DNA of 64,000 nt from a virus (IMGVR_UViG_3300027850_000169:27697-91696); one strand, 5' to 3'; counted from the stretch's first letter, positions 47,926 to 58,368 are shown. The notes: generated by a model not told the origin, from the sequence alone. Translations and numbers: made by a program.

Positions 47926-48306
47926 ATGAAGCCACGCACCCCTCGCGCCACATACCTGACCGCTACGGAAGCACATCAAATTATCGATAGCGCCATCAGC
48001 GAACTAAATGATTGGCAACTGACAGCCTACCTCGCAAGCGACACCACGTACTCTCTGATTTCGGGAATTCTCAAATTAGAAGCATTTGAAAGAAACGGCC
48101 TCCGCGCCCGATTGACGATTGAAGAAGTTCAAGAATTACTAAACTCAGTAATTACCGAGTTCAACGACCGCCAACTGAACGAATACCTCTACGCCAAAGA
48201 ACAAGAGAATTCTTGGGAATACCTCACATATTTCGGCTTCATAATCGACCCCCTCGTAAGAGGAACAGTGAAAATCGAACAACGCCTCAGAACTTTAACC
48301 GACTAA
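47926..48306 (+). CDS. Hypothetical protein with internal duplication
   Basis: LT..E...I..S.I.E.ND.QL..YL occurs twice. Confidence 0.65.
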   Translation: MKPRTPRATYLTATEAHQIIDSAISELNDWQLTAYLASDTTYSLISGILKLEAFERNGLRARLTIEEVQELLNSVITEFNDRQLNEYLYAKEQENSWEYLTYFGFIIDPLVRGTVKIEQRLRTLTD

Positions 48307-48374
48307 TTCATCGGGGGAGAAATCCCCCACTACCACTTCAGTCGCACACAATCACTTCACTCAAGGCAAAAATC

Positions 48375-48965
48375 ATGAACTTTACCAAAGCCATCAAAAC
48401 CGCTGCTATTGCAACCGCTGCTACTGTCGTTGCTATCGCAATCCTATCTCTGTACCCCAAGGATAAGCGCAATCAAGAAATAGAACGGGCCCGAAAGAGC
48501 GTGACAGAGCGTCGCACTCAAATCGAAAAACAGAAGGCGGAAATCGAAGCTGAATTGAAGGAACTCAAGGTAGTCAAACAAGCGGAAGAAACTCTGAGCA
48601 ATCTACACGAACCGGAACCGCTGCCGGAGTTGACAATCATTCCGAACCCTTGGGAGTTGAAGTCTAAGCTTGTCTCTGTCACCATAGAGACGCAACTACC
48701 GCTAGTACCGCAACCGCAACTTTGCCTCCCCCCGCTAAAGTCTACTCCACCCGTACCAGTTACCACTAAGAAAGAAAAAAGGAAGGCAATACCCAAACCT
48801 CCAAAAGTTACTCCAATTGTCCTCCCTGCACCGCTAAGCATTCCGCCTACAAACTACGACAAACTAGGTATTCGAGAGTTGAAGAAGCTAGCGTCAGGCA
48901 AGATTAAGAACTACGGAAAAATGAAAAAATCCGAACTAATAACGGCGCTTAATGCCAGTAGCTAG
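48375..48965 (+). CDS. TM/coiled-coil/Pro-rich protein with a C-terminal Rho-N-like domain
   Basis: LGIRELKKLA...IKNY.KMKKSELI.AL. Confidence 0.7.
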   Translation: MNFTKAIKTAAIATAATVVAIAILSLYPKDKRNQEIERARKSVTERRTQIEKQKAEIEAELKELKVVKQAEETLSNLHEPEPLPELTIIPNPWELKSKLVSVTIETQLPLVPQPQLCLPPLKSTPPVPVTTKKEKRKAIPKPPKVTPIVLPAPLSIPPTNYDKLGIRELKKLASGKIKNYGKMKKSELITALNASS

Positions 48966-49046
48966 CAAGTTAATCGAAGGGAGCGCAAAGTAATCCGCTC
49001 CCACACTACTCTAGTTGTTGCCTAGCATACGTTTCAAACCTCCTCA

Positions 49047-49105
49047 CAAAATACTTTCCCAAAACGCTTGACAAATTACTGGGTAGCCTATATGATAGTT
49101 TAGAG
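49047..49105 (+). promoter_or_regulatory. Repeated early promoter, copy 5
   Basis: TTGACA(49068)-aattactgggtagccta-TATGAT. Confidence 0.85.
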
Positions 49106-49136
49106 TCAAAAAAACGAACCACTTCAAAAACAAACC

Positions 49137-49862
49137 ATGAAAAACCTAAACTTCTCTCAGCTTAAAGCATTCGCAGCAGAAAGCAAAATTGTAGTTACCG
49201 GAGGCAAAAGAAAGAAAGAAACCTGGTTAAGCGCTTTAGTTGAAAACTCTATACCCACAGCAACTGCTTGTGAGTCACCTGCGCTCAATTCAGCAATCGC
49301 CCAATTAGATACCTTGCGCCAGCAGGAGGATGAGTTGTTTCAACGAGCCCTAGTCAATCCTCAAGCAGAAATGCTTGGACAATTTGAGACTATCTGGAAC
49401 GCTCGTAATATTATCCATATAAAGATGGAAAACGTCATGACACCCATGCCAACTGAACCTGTATCCGTGCAACCCCAAAAAGCACAAGAGGAGCTAACAA
49501 TCCCCACAACAGAATTAGCCAAACCTGGAAAAGAAACATCCTATACTTTGGAAGAGTTTCAAGCTATACCAAGTATCGCAAACTGGCGATATACGGGTGA
49601 AGTTTTCAAGCGCTACTGGGTTTGTAAAGGCGCGACGGGAAGGTATTCAACACTTCCCCAATCAGTTATCAATTGCTACGGGTTGACCCCACGCCAAGTG
49701 GAAATCTTGGAAGAAAAAATCCAAATCACTAGACCTAATGTCGTTGTTGAGCCAATGCCAGACGGAGGGTATGAAGATGAGCCTTGTTGGCACGATGTAG
49801 CGATGTCTCGCACGTCTGACGATTACGTCAGTAACAGAGAAATCATAATGGGACGGTACTAA
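49137..49862 (+). CDS. Hypothetical protein (N-terminal HeH-like)
   Basis: QLKAFA....I...G.KRKK.TW..AL. Confidence 0.6.
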   Translation: MKNLNFSQLKAFAAESKIVVTGGKRKKETWLSALVENSIPTATACESPALNSAIAQLDTLRQQEDELFQRALVNPQAEMLGQFETIWNARNIIHIKMENVMTPMPTEPVSVQPQKAQEELTIPTTELAKPGKETSYTLEEFQAIPSIANWRYTGEVFKRYWVCKGATGRYSTLPQSVINCYGLTPRQVEILEEKIQITRPNVVVEPMPDGGYEDEPCWHDVAMSRTSDDYVSNREIIMGRY

Positions 49863-49923
49863 GTCTGCGGGGGTCGCGCATCCGTCAAACGCGAAGCACG
49901 TATCAACCAGGAGAAAACGAACG

Positions 49924-50169
49924 ATGCCAGACGTAAAATCTTTCGCAACCACAGAAACACTGAACCTAGTCAACGCAGCCGCCATCAATCAAAAGCAATT
50001 ACTCCGGCTACAGTTGGCGGCTCAAATACTGTCGGGAATAATTACAGGCAATGATATCCTGTGGTGCACAGACCCCAACGCCTGCTATACTAACCACCAA
50101 GAAATGGCTGACAAAGCGCTGGGTTTTGCCGACTTACTACTTCAGAAAGTCACAGAGTCAGCCGACTAA
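49924..50169 (+). CDS. Hypothetical phage protein
   Basis: LR..LAAQIL.G...A..A...AD.LL; AGGAG RBS. Confidence 0.65.
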   Translation: MPDVKSFATTETLNLVNAAAINQKQLLRLQLAAQILSGIITGNDILWCTDPNACYTNHQEMADKALGFADLLLQKVTESAD

Positions 50170-50238
50170 ACCAGTCGGCTCAGAGGGGCGCGACTCACAC
50201 AACGCGCAAGCAACCACTAATCAACCACCAACACTGAC

Positions 50239-50586
50239 ATGACACACTCTAGAGACATCACAATTAACGGCATCAATTATCTAATTCGCGTCCAGAGTTA
50301 CAATTTTTTCAATCTAATAGAGCCGGGGTTAGGCTTAAATCTCATAACAAATATAGAAATCCTCGAAAGCGGATGGCTTTCTGTTGGATGTTTGCAAGGT
50401 TACTCTAGTTTAGACGATGATATTCCACTTATCTCAAAAAATACCGATGAAAATTACCACAAGAAAAAAGGAAACTTTCACAAAGAAGAAGGACGAGAAT
50501 TGGCGGTAGAATACTTACAGCGTTTGACGGATGCTCAATTGCTTCAATCAATCCAACGAACGTTTAACAACATGGCGAATATTTAG
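50239..50586 (+). CDS. Hypothetical protein
   Basis: Early operon ORF. Confidence 0.6.
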   Translation: MTHSRDITINGINYLIRVQSYNFFNLIEPGLGLNLITNIEILESGWLSVGCLQGYSSLDDDIPLISKNTDENYHKKKGNFHKEEGRELAVEYLQRLTDAQLLQSIQRTFNNMANI

Positions 50587-50736
50587 TCTAACAACATTTC
50601 TAATCTTTAAGCGCATCAGCGGGAGTTGCGCCCCGCACTAGGCAATAAAAATTACCCGGCGCTAGGATATCGCTATGTTAAAGAGGTGGTAGCGGCGCAA
50701 GGTAGTATTTGGGTCTACTTGGAGAAACTTTAACCG

Positions 50737-50940
50737 ATGACAATTAACAACTATAGAACTCGTGACAATCGTGGAGAGAATCACCCTCGTTCAGTCCTAA
50801 CCGAGGATGACGTTTGGGAGGTTATCAAGCTTCAATCTGAAGGATTTAGTATTCAATCAATTTGTCAAAAGTTTGGAGTGTCTAAAACTACGATTCATAA
50901 TGTGTTAACCGGAAAAACTTGGAAACATTTAAAAAGGTAG
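50737..50940 (+). CDS. Small HTH protein (HNH-associated type)
   Basis: RGE.HP.S.LTE.DV, KFGVS..TI..V..GKTWKH. Confidence 0.75.
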   Translation: MTINNYRTRDNRGENHPRSVLTEDDVWEVIKLQSEGFSIQSICQKFGVSKTTIHNVLTGKTWKHLKR

Positions 50941-50952
50941 ACATTGTTATTT

Positions 50953-51579
50953 TTAATACTTGAAACCGCATTCTGGACAAGTGCGTTTTTTTTGTGTAGA
51001 TTTGTCTTCATCTGTCAGGTCGTTATCTTTTGAGATGTTATCTTCACTCTTCATATTAGCAATATCTATCAAGAAATCAATATCATCCCCGTCAAATCCA
51101 ATCATCAACTCCTGAGCGTCTGCCAACTCTTGTAACTCATCCAGTAGGTCGTCATTGTACATCCGAGAGATATCAAGCGCGGTGAAGTCACCGCCAACCA
51201 TAGTCAGGGCGTTATCGTCAAGAGCATAGGCGCGAGCCTTGACTTCCGACTCAGAATCATTCCCGAACAACACCGGAACACACCAGTTACCGCTATCATC
51301 AATCGCAATCCCTTTCGGTGGATTCTCTCCATTGTGCTGCATCCATAATAATGCCTCAACCCGTCCGTTTCCGGCAACTACGCCACCAGCGCCACCGTTT
51401 AGCTTAGATTCCCACTTAATCGCCGATTTAAATCCATACTTTCGTAATGAGTCGGCAATTTTGCCAAGGTCGTGTTTTTTGAGATTTTTCTCAAATAATG
51501 TAGCTTCCGAGATTGGAACGTATTGAAAGGAAAGAAGTGAATCCATAAAGTGCTGATTGACTGTTGCAGATATTGTCAC
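50953..51579 (-). CDS. Second ParB/Srx-like protein with C-terminal CPECG
   Basis: N.KKHD, SL..YGF, VAGNGR.EAL, Y.L.DN. Confidence 0.75.
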   Translation of the reverse strand: MTISATVNQHFMDSLLSFQYVPISEATLFEKNLKKHDLGKIADSLRKYGFKSAIKWESKLNGGAGGVVAGNGRVEALLWMQHNGENPPKGIAIDDSGNWCVPVLFGNDSESEVKARAYALDDNALTMVGGDFTALDISRMYNDDLLDELQELADAQELMIGFDGDDIDFLIDIANMKSEDNISKDNDLTDEDKSTQKKRTCPECGFKY

Positions 51580-51667
51580 CAGTTTAGTAATAACTTGACA
51601 AATGTTGTTTATCTTGTTAAGATATTAACAACTAAGTCAAAAGAAGTTTTCAATAAGGAAAGAATCA

Positions 51668-51916
51668 ATGCTAGTTAGAGAGCTAATAGAATATCTCAAG
51701 CAATGCAACCCCAATGCCAGGCTTGCGCTGTCCGTAAACGAAGAAGAATGTACATCGGTAGACTTTCTCGACTACAGCACACAGTTCAATCGAGTCTGTT
51801 TGTACGAGTATGAGCCCACATCAAAGAGCCTGGCAGATTTAGCCAAGTCACAAGGTTCTCAGGTTGATTACAAAACCAGTCAGTTTGCAATTCTTTCTGA
51901 GTCGGTAGCAGTATAA
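51668..51916 (+). CDS. Hypothetical protein
   Basis: M.VRELIE.L...NP.A; promoter at 51595. Confidence 0.65.
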   Translation: MLVRELIEYLKQCNPNARLALSVNEEECTSVDFLDYSTQFNRVCLYEYEPTSKSLADLAKSQGSQVDYKTSQFAILSESVAV

Positions 51917-51998
51917 TTTATCTACTAAGCGCATTAACTTATTTCAGGTTAATGCGTTTAGCGTTTTAACCACTTCAAAAAGCAAAAAGGAAAAATCA

Positions 51999-52478
51999 AT
52001 GGGTGAACAAAAACGTCGGCAACTATTAGATGCTGATTACGGGAAGCCAACACAATTCTGCTACAAGTCTTACGCTGGCGGAGTTGTAGTCAAGCCCCTT
52101 AATCGTAAACCACCCGAAACAAATAATTTTCTAATCAAGGTAATGCCGCTTACAAAGATAGAAGAAGTGCCAGACTCGCTACTAAACCGAGCCACAAGAG
52201 AAGGCATTAAGTATGCAGACTTTTGTGCACCTGTAGTTGTAGGAAGTGTCACTTTGGAGGAGCTTTTTATTCCTCCTGTTATTGCAACAATATTTCCGTG
52301 CCTAGACAAAAAAGGAATGATTTCTGTAGATGCAATGTACGGTTGTGGCGTTAAAACTAACTCAGGCATCATGAGTATGCTGACGCTTGCCCTTGTCATC
52401 CCATTAGTCGAAGCAGAAATTAACTACCTTGTTGCCACAGCGTTTAAAAAGTTTCTTGAGGAGAGACCGCAAACTTGA
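51999..52478 (+). CDS. Hypothetical protein
   Basis: MGE.KRR..LD..YG start; AGGA RBS. Confidence 0.65.
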   Translation: MGEQKRRQLLDADYGKPTQFCYKSYAGGVVVKPLNRKPPETNNFLIKVMPLTKIEEVPDSLLNRATREGIKYADFCAPVVVGSVTLEELFIPPVIATIFPCLDKKGMISVDAMYGCGVKTNSGIMSMLTLALVIPLVEAEINYLVATAFKKFLEERPQT

Positions 52479-52583
52479 GCAAAGTCCAGGCTGTCGTACT
52501 TAGGCTGTTCGCGTACCAAAAATCACAATCAACCTAAGTATGATACTACCAGCAAAAACCCTCAAACGACTATATATCAACGA

Positions 52584-52702
52584 TTCAAGACTAAAACGCC
52601 TTAAGGTTTACTAACTCTTTATTTTCTTAAAGAAATTTCTATAGAAAAGAGTTAACAAAGAAAAAGAAATCCTGCACGTCTTTAAGGCGTTTTAGTCTTG
52701 AA
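52584..52702. repeat. 21-bp inverted repeat around an AT-rich core
   Basis: ttcaagactaaaacgccttaa ... ttaaggcgttttagtcttgaa. Confidence 0.85.
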
Positions 52703-52833
52703 AACCTTGAAACCCTTGCTGTGTATAGACTTCTGTAATATTACGGACACGCGGATTGTCAACAATTAGCTAGGAAAAAAAAATAGCAACATTTCTGAAC
52801 GACTATACCTTCGGGGCCCTTAGACCGACGACA

Positions 52834-53160
52834 TTGAAAGAAAGGCGGTTTAACTTTAACAATCAACAAATTCTAGTAATTACTGTTGATGGGGAGCCTT
52901 GGTTTGTAGCCAAGGATGTTTGTGCCATTTTGGATATTGCGAACTTTATGCAAGCCTTGCGTCATCTTGACGAAGGCAACGTAAAACTTATAAGTTTAAC
53001 CGATACGGTCGGGCGAGAACAGGTAACGTCAATAATTTCAAAATTTGGGATGTTTACCCTCGCACTGGCAAGTCGCGACCCTGGTATTGAAGTTTTTCGC
53101 AAGTGGCTGATAAACACGATAGGGAATTGGGAGACTCTAAACGGACAAGAGATAGAGTAA
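52834..53160 (+). CDS. BRO-N domain protein
   Basis: FNFN, DGEPWFVAKDVC.IL, FRKW. Confidence 0.85.
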   Translation: MKERRFNFNNQQILVITVDGEPWFVAKDVCAILDIANFMQALRHLDEGNVKLISLTDTVGREQVTSIISKFGMFTLALASRDPGIEVFRKWLINTIGNWETLNGQEIE

Positions 53161-53415
53161 GACACTTCGGTAGCATCAGTCAATGATTATTGCAGATAAA
53201 GCTGCTGAGGTTTTCGATAAATGGATTGTCAAAGAGTTTCCGTTAAACCAAAAATAGGAGGCATTAATAGGCTACAATTATTGCAGGCGAGAGTGCTTTG
53301 GGTTATCAACGCTTTTACCAGTCTTCGTTTTCTTAGTTTAGTCCGGTTCAATGTTCGCAAAAAAACCGCCCGCCCCTTCTTCAGAAGGACGGGCATTCAA
53401 GCAAAAAGTATTAAT

Positions 53416-54504
53416 ATGTCTACAAGTCTAACAAGGTTTCGCTCAAAAGTCAAGGCTATTTCCTGGAATTTCGCAAGACAACTCGACGGTTATACCCTCA
53501 AGCAAACCTTCACAATGCTAGGGATTTTGAATGAACTTCTTTACTGCGTGGCTGTCAACGCGAAGGTCGTCACTCGCGACGCAAAAGGCAAGATAATCTG
53601 GAATCACAAGAATCTGTCAGTGCTCTTAAACGCGCCTACAGTACAGACTCCAGCGACTTATGTTGCAGAATATTTAAAACTGTTTTGGGCGCGGCTAGCC
53701 TACTATTCTGTCAACGCTGTTATGCAGTTTCGGCAGATTTTGTCTCAGGAATTTCAACTCTTCACTCTGGAAAAACGAGACTGGTCTGATCCAAAAAACC
53801 GCCACCGCCAACCTAACCCGTGCGGAGGGATTGACGTAGTTCTGGCGCTACTGCTAGCGGAACAATGCGAGATTCGATTGAAGGAACACTACAAGCTGGA
53901 AGAGGTCGGCTTAGATTGGAGTCAAGAAATCGGCAACGGCAACTATCCGATGGTACGGGATGAGTCCAAATCTTTTCCTAAACACAAGGCGTTTGTTTTG
54001 GTTAAGTTGCACCGGATGATATTGGGTTCGGTAGTTGGCTATTGTCGGAATGATGACGACTTTGAACCTCAAGGTGAATTACTACCCTTAGCGGCACAAG
54101 CCATTGAAAATAAATACCTTGCACTACAGGCAGCGGGTACGCTAGACCAGGCAGAATCGAAACTGAATGAGTTGATGGGCGACAATCCTGACGCGGACGT
54201 ACAAGAATTGCTGGAAGAACCGATAGAGATTATCGAGACTGAGACGGTTCAGTCTGGCGGCTTTGCAGTTGTTGTCGGTCACGTTGCTAAGGTAATTCCG
54301 TTGGCGGCTGGCTTGATTCGTTGCTGTATGTGGGTACAGCCAGCGCCACGACCAAGGCGAGAGAAAGTATTGACCGTGCCGTGTTCGGTGTTAGAGCAAT
54401 CAGAGGCAGCGCTGACATGGTGGAGAGAACGGATTGAGAATTCTGGACTTTGGCTGTCTGAGATGGCTCCGACGTGGGTATGGGATGCCGTGCTGCCGTT
54501 TTAG
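53416..54504 (+). CDS. Hypothetical protein (possible replication/DNA-binding)
   Basis: Long ORF; probable start MSTSL (ORF open from 53221). Confidence 0.6.
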   Translation: MSTSLTRFRSKVKAISWNFARQLDGYTLKQTFTMLGILNELLYCVAVNAKVVTRDAKGKIIWNHKNLSVLLNAPTVQTPATYVAEYLKLFWARLAYYSVNAVMQFRQILSQEFQLFTLEKRDWSDPKNRHRQPNPCGGIDVVLALLLAEQCEIRLKEHYKLEEVGLDWSQEIGNGNYPMVRDESKSFPKHKAFVLVKLHRMILGSVVGYCRNDDDFEPQGELLPLAAQAIENKYLALQAAGTLDQAESKLNELMGDNPDADVQELLEEPIEIIETETVQSGGFAVVVGHVAKVIPLAAGLIRCCMWVQPAPRPRREKVLTVPCSVLEQSEAALTWWRERIENSGLWLSEMAPTWVWDAVLPF

Positions 54505-54590
54505 AATAACCACGCCCGCGATATATGCAATTTGTTTGAAGCCTAGTCGTTGTCTGCTGTTAACCAAGCAAAAGCTTTGCTGTGTATACT

Positions 54591-54674
54591 TTTGACAGAT
54601 TGTAGTAAAATACTTTTGCAAAACACTTGACAAACTATCGGGTAGCCTATATGATAGTTTACATAGTCAAGAAA
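54591..54674 (+). promoter_or_regulatory. Repeated early promoter, copy 6 (84 bp identical to 55300-55383)
   Basis: TTGACA(54627)-17 bp-TATGAT. Confidence 0.85.
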
Positions 54675-54690
54675 TCACTGAACTACAAAA

Positions 54691-55167
54691 ATGACACAAA
54701 TAAATATTAATGGCTACAACTTCCAAGTAGAACCATTTGTTCGCTACAAAGAGGATAGGTTGAGAGGAAGGTTGCTATTAACTTCTGGAGAGGCATTAGA
54801 ATCGGTTGAGATGGCGATTGTTAAAATAAGGAAGCGATTTCTAAATGTTGGCGAATTGGTAAGTATTCCAGTATCGGAAATCTGGGGATTTGTGTTAGAA
54901 CCCAATACTTTTAGCAATGTGTTGTCAACACTGATAACCTTGAGATTTGATCTAACTCAGGAAAACCTAGATATCCATAAAATTTATCATCTGTCCTTCA
55001 AGAAATATGAACAGGAGTTGATTAAGCCTGTCTTCAAGCTGAATGCAACAACTCGAAATCCTGTAAGCAAAAAACAAAAGTCTGCTTTGGAAGCTGCTCA
55101 AGACATTGCTTTATCAGAAATAGATTTTTGTCATGATCCAAATTTGAAAGATGTAAGAATTGTATAG
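54691..55167 (+). CDS. Hypothetical protein
   Basis: Single gene between direct promoter repeats. Confidence 0.65.
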   Translation: MTQININGYNFQVEPFVRYKEDRLRGRLLLTSGEALESVEMAIVKIRKRFLNVGELVSIPVSEIWGFVLEPNTFSNVLSTLITLRFDLTQENLDIHKIYHLSFKKYEQELIKPVFKLNATTRNPVSKKQKSALEAAQDIALSEIDFCHDPNLKDVRIV

Positions 55168-55299
55168 ATTCCTTCATCAATTAACGGGTAAAGTAAAACC
55201 AAACTAAGATTGACTTTACCCGTTTTCGCCAAACTATCGCACAATTTTTTTTGATATCTTGTGCGCTGTTGACCGAGTAAAAGCTTTACCGCGCATACG

Positions 55300-55383
55300 T
55301 TTGACAGATTGTAGTAAAATACTTTTGCAAAACACTTGACAAACTATCGGGTAGCCTATATGATAGTTTACATAGTCAAGAAA
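55300..55383 (+). promoter_or_regulatory. Repeated early promoter, copy 7
   Basis: TTGACA(55336)-17 bp-TATGAT. Confidence 0.85.
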
Positions 55384-55418
55384 CAAACCACTTCAAGCAA
55401 ACTAAAAAGGAAAAACAC

Positions 55419-55664
55419 ATGGTCACTTTAACCTCTTCCAAGACAGACACTACATGGACACTGGATATTGAGAGCGCAAAGCAGCTTGCAAAAGCATTGA
55501 AAGGTATCTCTACGGGTTCTTGGGAATATGCAACAGTGCTTCGCCCAATTCGACGCGCAATCAGGGCGAAGCACTCTGAAGCAATTCTCTCTACAGCAGG
55601 ATTCGGCACTTCAGCCGTAGCTCGAATGCTGGACGACTGTAGTATTAAATACAAGTGTAAATAA
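55419..55664 (+). CDS. Hypothetical protein
   Basis: AGGA RBS after the promoter. Confidence 0.65.
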   Translation: MVTLTSSKTDTTWTLDIESAKQLAKALKGISTGSWEYATVLRPIRRAIRAKHSEAILSTAGFGTSAVARMLDDCSIKYKCK

Positions 55665-55822
55665 TCAGTACCGCGTTCAGTGCTAAAGCAATCAGAAGCA
55701 GCGCTGGCATCGCAAAACCGCCCTACTCAAAAGCTAAACGGTCGATGACTAAAACTTGGTCAATGACCGCTAGACCCGCCCATTAGAGGCGATTTCACAT
55801 CAACGAACAGTTAGGAAAAAAC

Positions 55823-56236
55823 ATGGAATTCAAAGGAGTAGGAATAGTGTTCGTTAGAGAAAAAGATGTAGAAGTGGAAGTAGAGGGAAATTTCTACAAA
55901 TTATCAAAGAGTGATTGTCGGGAAATACTGAAAACGCGACAAGGATACAAGACAGTTAAAGAAGCTCTTAACGGGGCTGTGGTCAATGTTGTAATAACCA
56001 GAGGTTCAAAAATGGCGGCTTTATTCAATAGAGTAATGAATGATGATTCTTTGTATGAATACATAGTGGCACCTACGCGCTACGTCAAATTCATACATTC
56101 ATCAATGATGGATGCACCAGTTGAAGAAGAATTCATTCTTCTAGGGGGAGAATGGAGGACTATTGATTCTAACAGTCCATTTGCTAAGAATAAGTTCAAT
56201 GAGAATGAAATTTATTCTCCCATCTACTGGACATAA
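55823..56236 (+). CDS. Hypothetical protein
   Basis: AGGA RBS. Confidence 0.65.
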   Translation: MEFKGVGIVFVREKDVEVEVEGNFYKLSKSDCREILKTRQGYKTVKEALNGAVVNVVITRGSKMAALFNRVMNDDSLYEYIVAPTRYVKFIHSSMMDAPVEEEFILLGGEWRTIDSNSPFAKNKFNENEIYSPIYWT

Positions 56237-56295
56237 TTCTACAGGGGCTGCGCATCTTACACGCGAATTACCAACCCACTTACCGAGTATTTTTT

Positions 56296-56697
56296 ATGAA
56301 AACACCAAGGCTTCCCAGAACAACTCTTACTTACAACTTGATTCAAAGGTTTGAGGTACGGGACGGCGTACCTCGCCTAATGTCTAGCGACATCGCAGTC
56401 CTGGAAGGAGGCCATCATCTCCTATCCGTCGCAAAAGACTGGATGAAAGAGTTTACGAGCTTTCACATGAAGACAACCAAATATTACACTGGTTATCGCA
56501 AGGTAGCTTCAGCTAGTTCTAGGTATGAATTGATTTTGGCACAGCGAGGCGAAAGCCTACAAGTGTCATTTCCGCACAACGAGCGTATGATAGCTGAGGT
56601 TCAGCAAGACACTCTGTTCCCTTACGCATCAAGGACGAACGTGCATTCGTCCGAGGAATTAATTCAGTTGCTAGGAGCTCTTTTTTCCGGTAAGTAA
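56296..56697 (+). CDS. Hypothetical protein
   Basis: Operon ORF. Confidence 0.6.
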   Translation: MKTPRLPRTTLTYNLIQRFEVRDGVPRLMSSDIAVLEGGHHLLSVAKDWMKEFTSFHMKTTKYYTGYRKVASASSRYELILAQRGESLQVSFPHNERMIAEVQQDTLFPYASRTNVHSSEELIQLLGALFSGK

Positions 56698-56748
56698 ACA
56701 TGGCATTTGCGTCTGAAATGATTCGAGAACAAGTTGAAGCAACAAGAT

Positions 56749-56982
56749 TTACGGATTAATTGACAACAGCAGTTCCCGGATACTTTCAGCGGTAAGAGCG
56801 CGTCCTAGTCGCTCAATCACCTCTGAAAAACTCAGGTTATTCTCCACCGCCACCGCCTTAAATTTAGCGTGCGTCGCAGCGGTTAAGCCTACAGATAGAC
56901 TCTGCTTTTTTCCGCTGTATAGGCGTTCTTTCCCTCGGCCTTTACGAGTTCTTGTAGGTACGATTGCTTTCTCGGATGTCAT
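56749..56982 (-). CDS. Ribbon-helix-helix repressor
   Basis: KQSLSVGLT......F..VA...NLSFSEVIERL. Confidence 0.75.
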   Translation of the reverse strand: MTSEKAIVPTRTRKGRGKERLYSGKKQSLSVGLTAATHAKFKAVAVENNLSFSEVIERLGRALTAESIRELLLSINP

Positions 56983-57191
56983 AGCTTTTAATTTAGAGGA
57001 ATCTATCCAATTATCTTAGCAAGATTTAGGTCGCAGCACAAGGATATATGCTCGAACCGTTATAACGCAAGGCTTTCAGTCATCTACAAATTAATTTGTT
57101 CTAAACCTTGACAACCAATGTTTATCTTGCTAAGATAAACACATCGAACCAAAAACAAACACTAAAACCGAAAACCATTCAACTGAAACAA

Positions 57192-58319
57192 ATGGAAACT
57201 ACGAACCAAAACGAACTTGTACACTTGTCGCAGGCACTTACAGAGTCGGGAAGCTTAGCTCTTGGAGCTTTACCATTAGATTTAGGAATGAGCCAGCTTT
57301 CCGCTATGGAGAAAGACACGATTGTCTTAGCCGACGGGCGGCTAATTAAGTTGGCAGGAGGAGATGACGACATTGCAATCCTAGCAGCCGACAGAAATAT
57401 GCGGGTCAAGCAGACCCTCATCCACTTATACTTGTCGGGGACGAATTTAGCGACTACTAGAGACTACTTTGCGGAGGCTTACGGCTCCTCCAAAGAATTC
57501 TGGGACAAACTGACTAAGCTGACAGGATTCAGCAAGGCTAAGCTTGAAAATGAGATAAGAATTAGCCAAGGTTTCTCAAAAAAGGAGATTGAGTCTTTGG
57601 CGGAAGCCGGAGCCACACAGTCAACCGTTATTCGGCTGTTGAAAGCTTCACCAACAGTCAAAGAAGAAGTTATCGCCCAAGCAGAGCAAGGCCGCGTCAT
57701 TACTAGCGCTGTTGCTAGTGAGATTATGGAGTGGAATGAAGAAGAAGAAGACGAAGACGATGAAGACAATGTAGACAGAGAGCCGCTTCAAAACGCATCC
57801 AATCAAACAGGCGATTCAACAGGTAACAAATCGAAAGTCGAGAACACTTGTGTTGACATTTCGGCTACGGTTAGTTGTGAAGAAGTCCTTACCGAGGAAG
57901 ACTATACTTCAACCGTCAAGTTGTTAGAGGAAAGACTTCAAGGATTGTTGAATGCTATTGAAGCGGGTCGAAACCGGAGTTTCGCCATTCGGGGGCAGTC
58001 AATCAGGGAAGAACAGGCTATCGTTTTGGCTACCTTCTATAACATAAAGCTTCCTAGCACGAGAGCGGAAAAAGACGAACCCCACTGGATTACAGAGGCT
58101 AGAGAACTCTTACCCAAAGGGGTCGCAAAAGAGTTTAGACCCCTGTACATTATGGCGCTAGTAGATGGCTACTTAGGCTATATCCGTAGCGAACCAAGCA
58201 AACCTGCTATCTATCAGAGTTTTATTAAGTATCTCAAGGAGGACTCAAGAAAAGCTTGCCATAATCTTTTTGATGTAGGATTCGCTCAAGCGAAATTAGA
58301 AGCCGAGAGTGCCAAGTAG
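57192..58319 (+). CDS. Hypothetical protein with acidic linker
   Basis: Probable start METTNQ; EEEEDEDDED tract. Confidence 0.65.
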   Translation: METTNQNELVHLSQALTESGSLALGALPLDLGMSQLSAMEKDTIVLADGRLIKLAGGDDDIAILAADRNMRVKQTLIHLYLSGTNLATTRDYFAEAYGSSKEFWDKLTKLTGFSKAKLENEIRISQGFSKKEIESLAEAGATQSTVIRLLKASPTVKEEVIAQAEQGRVITSAVASEIMEWNEEEEDEDDEDNVDREPLQNASNQTGDSTGNKSKVENTCVDISATVSCEEVLTEEDYTSTVKLLEERLQGLLNAIEAGRNRSFAIRGQSIREEQAIVLATFYNIKLPSTRAEKDEPHWITEARELLPKGVAKEFRPLYIMALVDGYLGYIRSEPSKPAIYQSFIKYLKEDSRKACHNLFDVGFAQAKLEAESAK

Positions 58320-58368
58320 AGTTAACCGGGGCATCTTTGCCCTAATCACCATACATCAACAAGAAACC

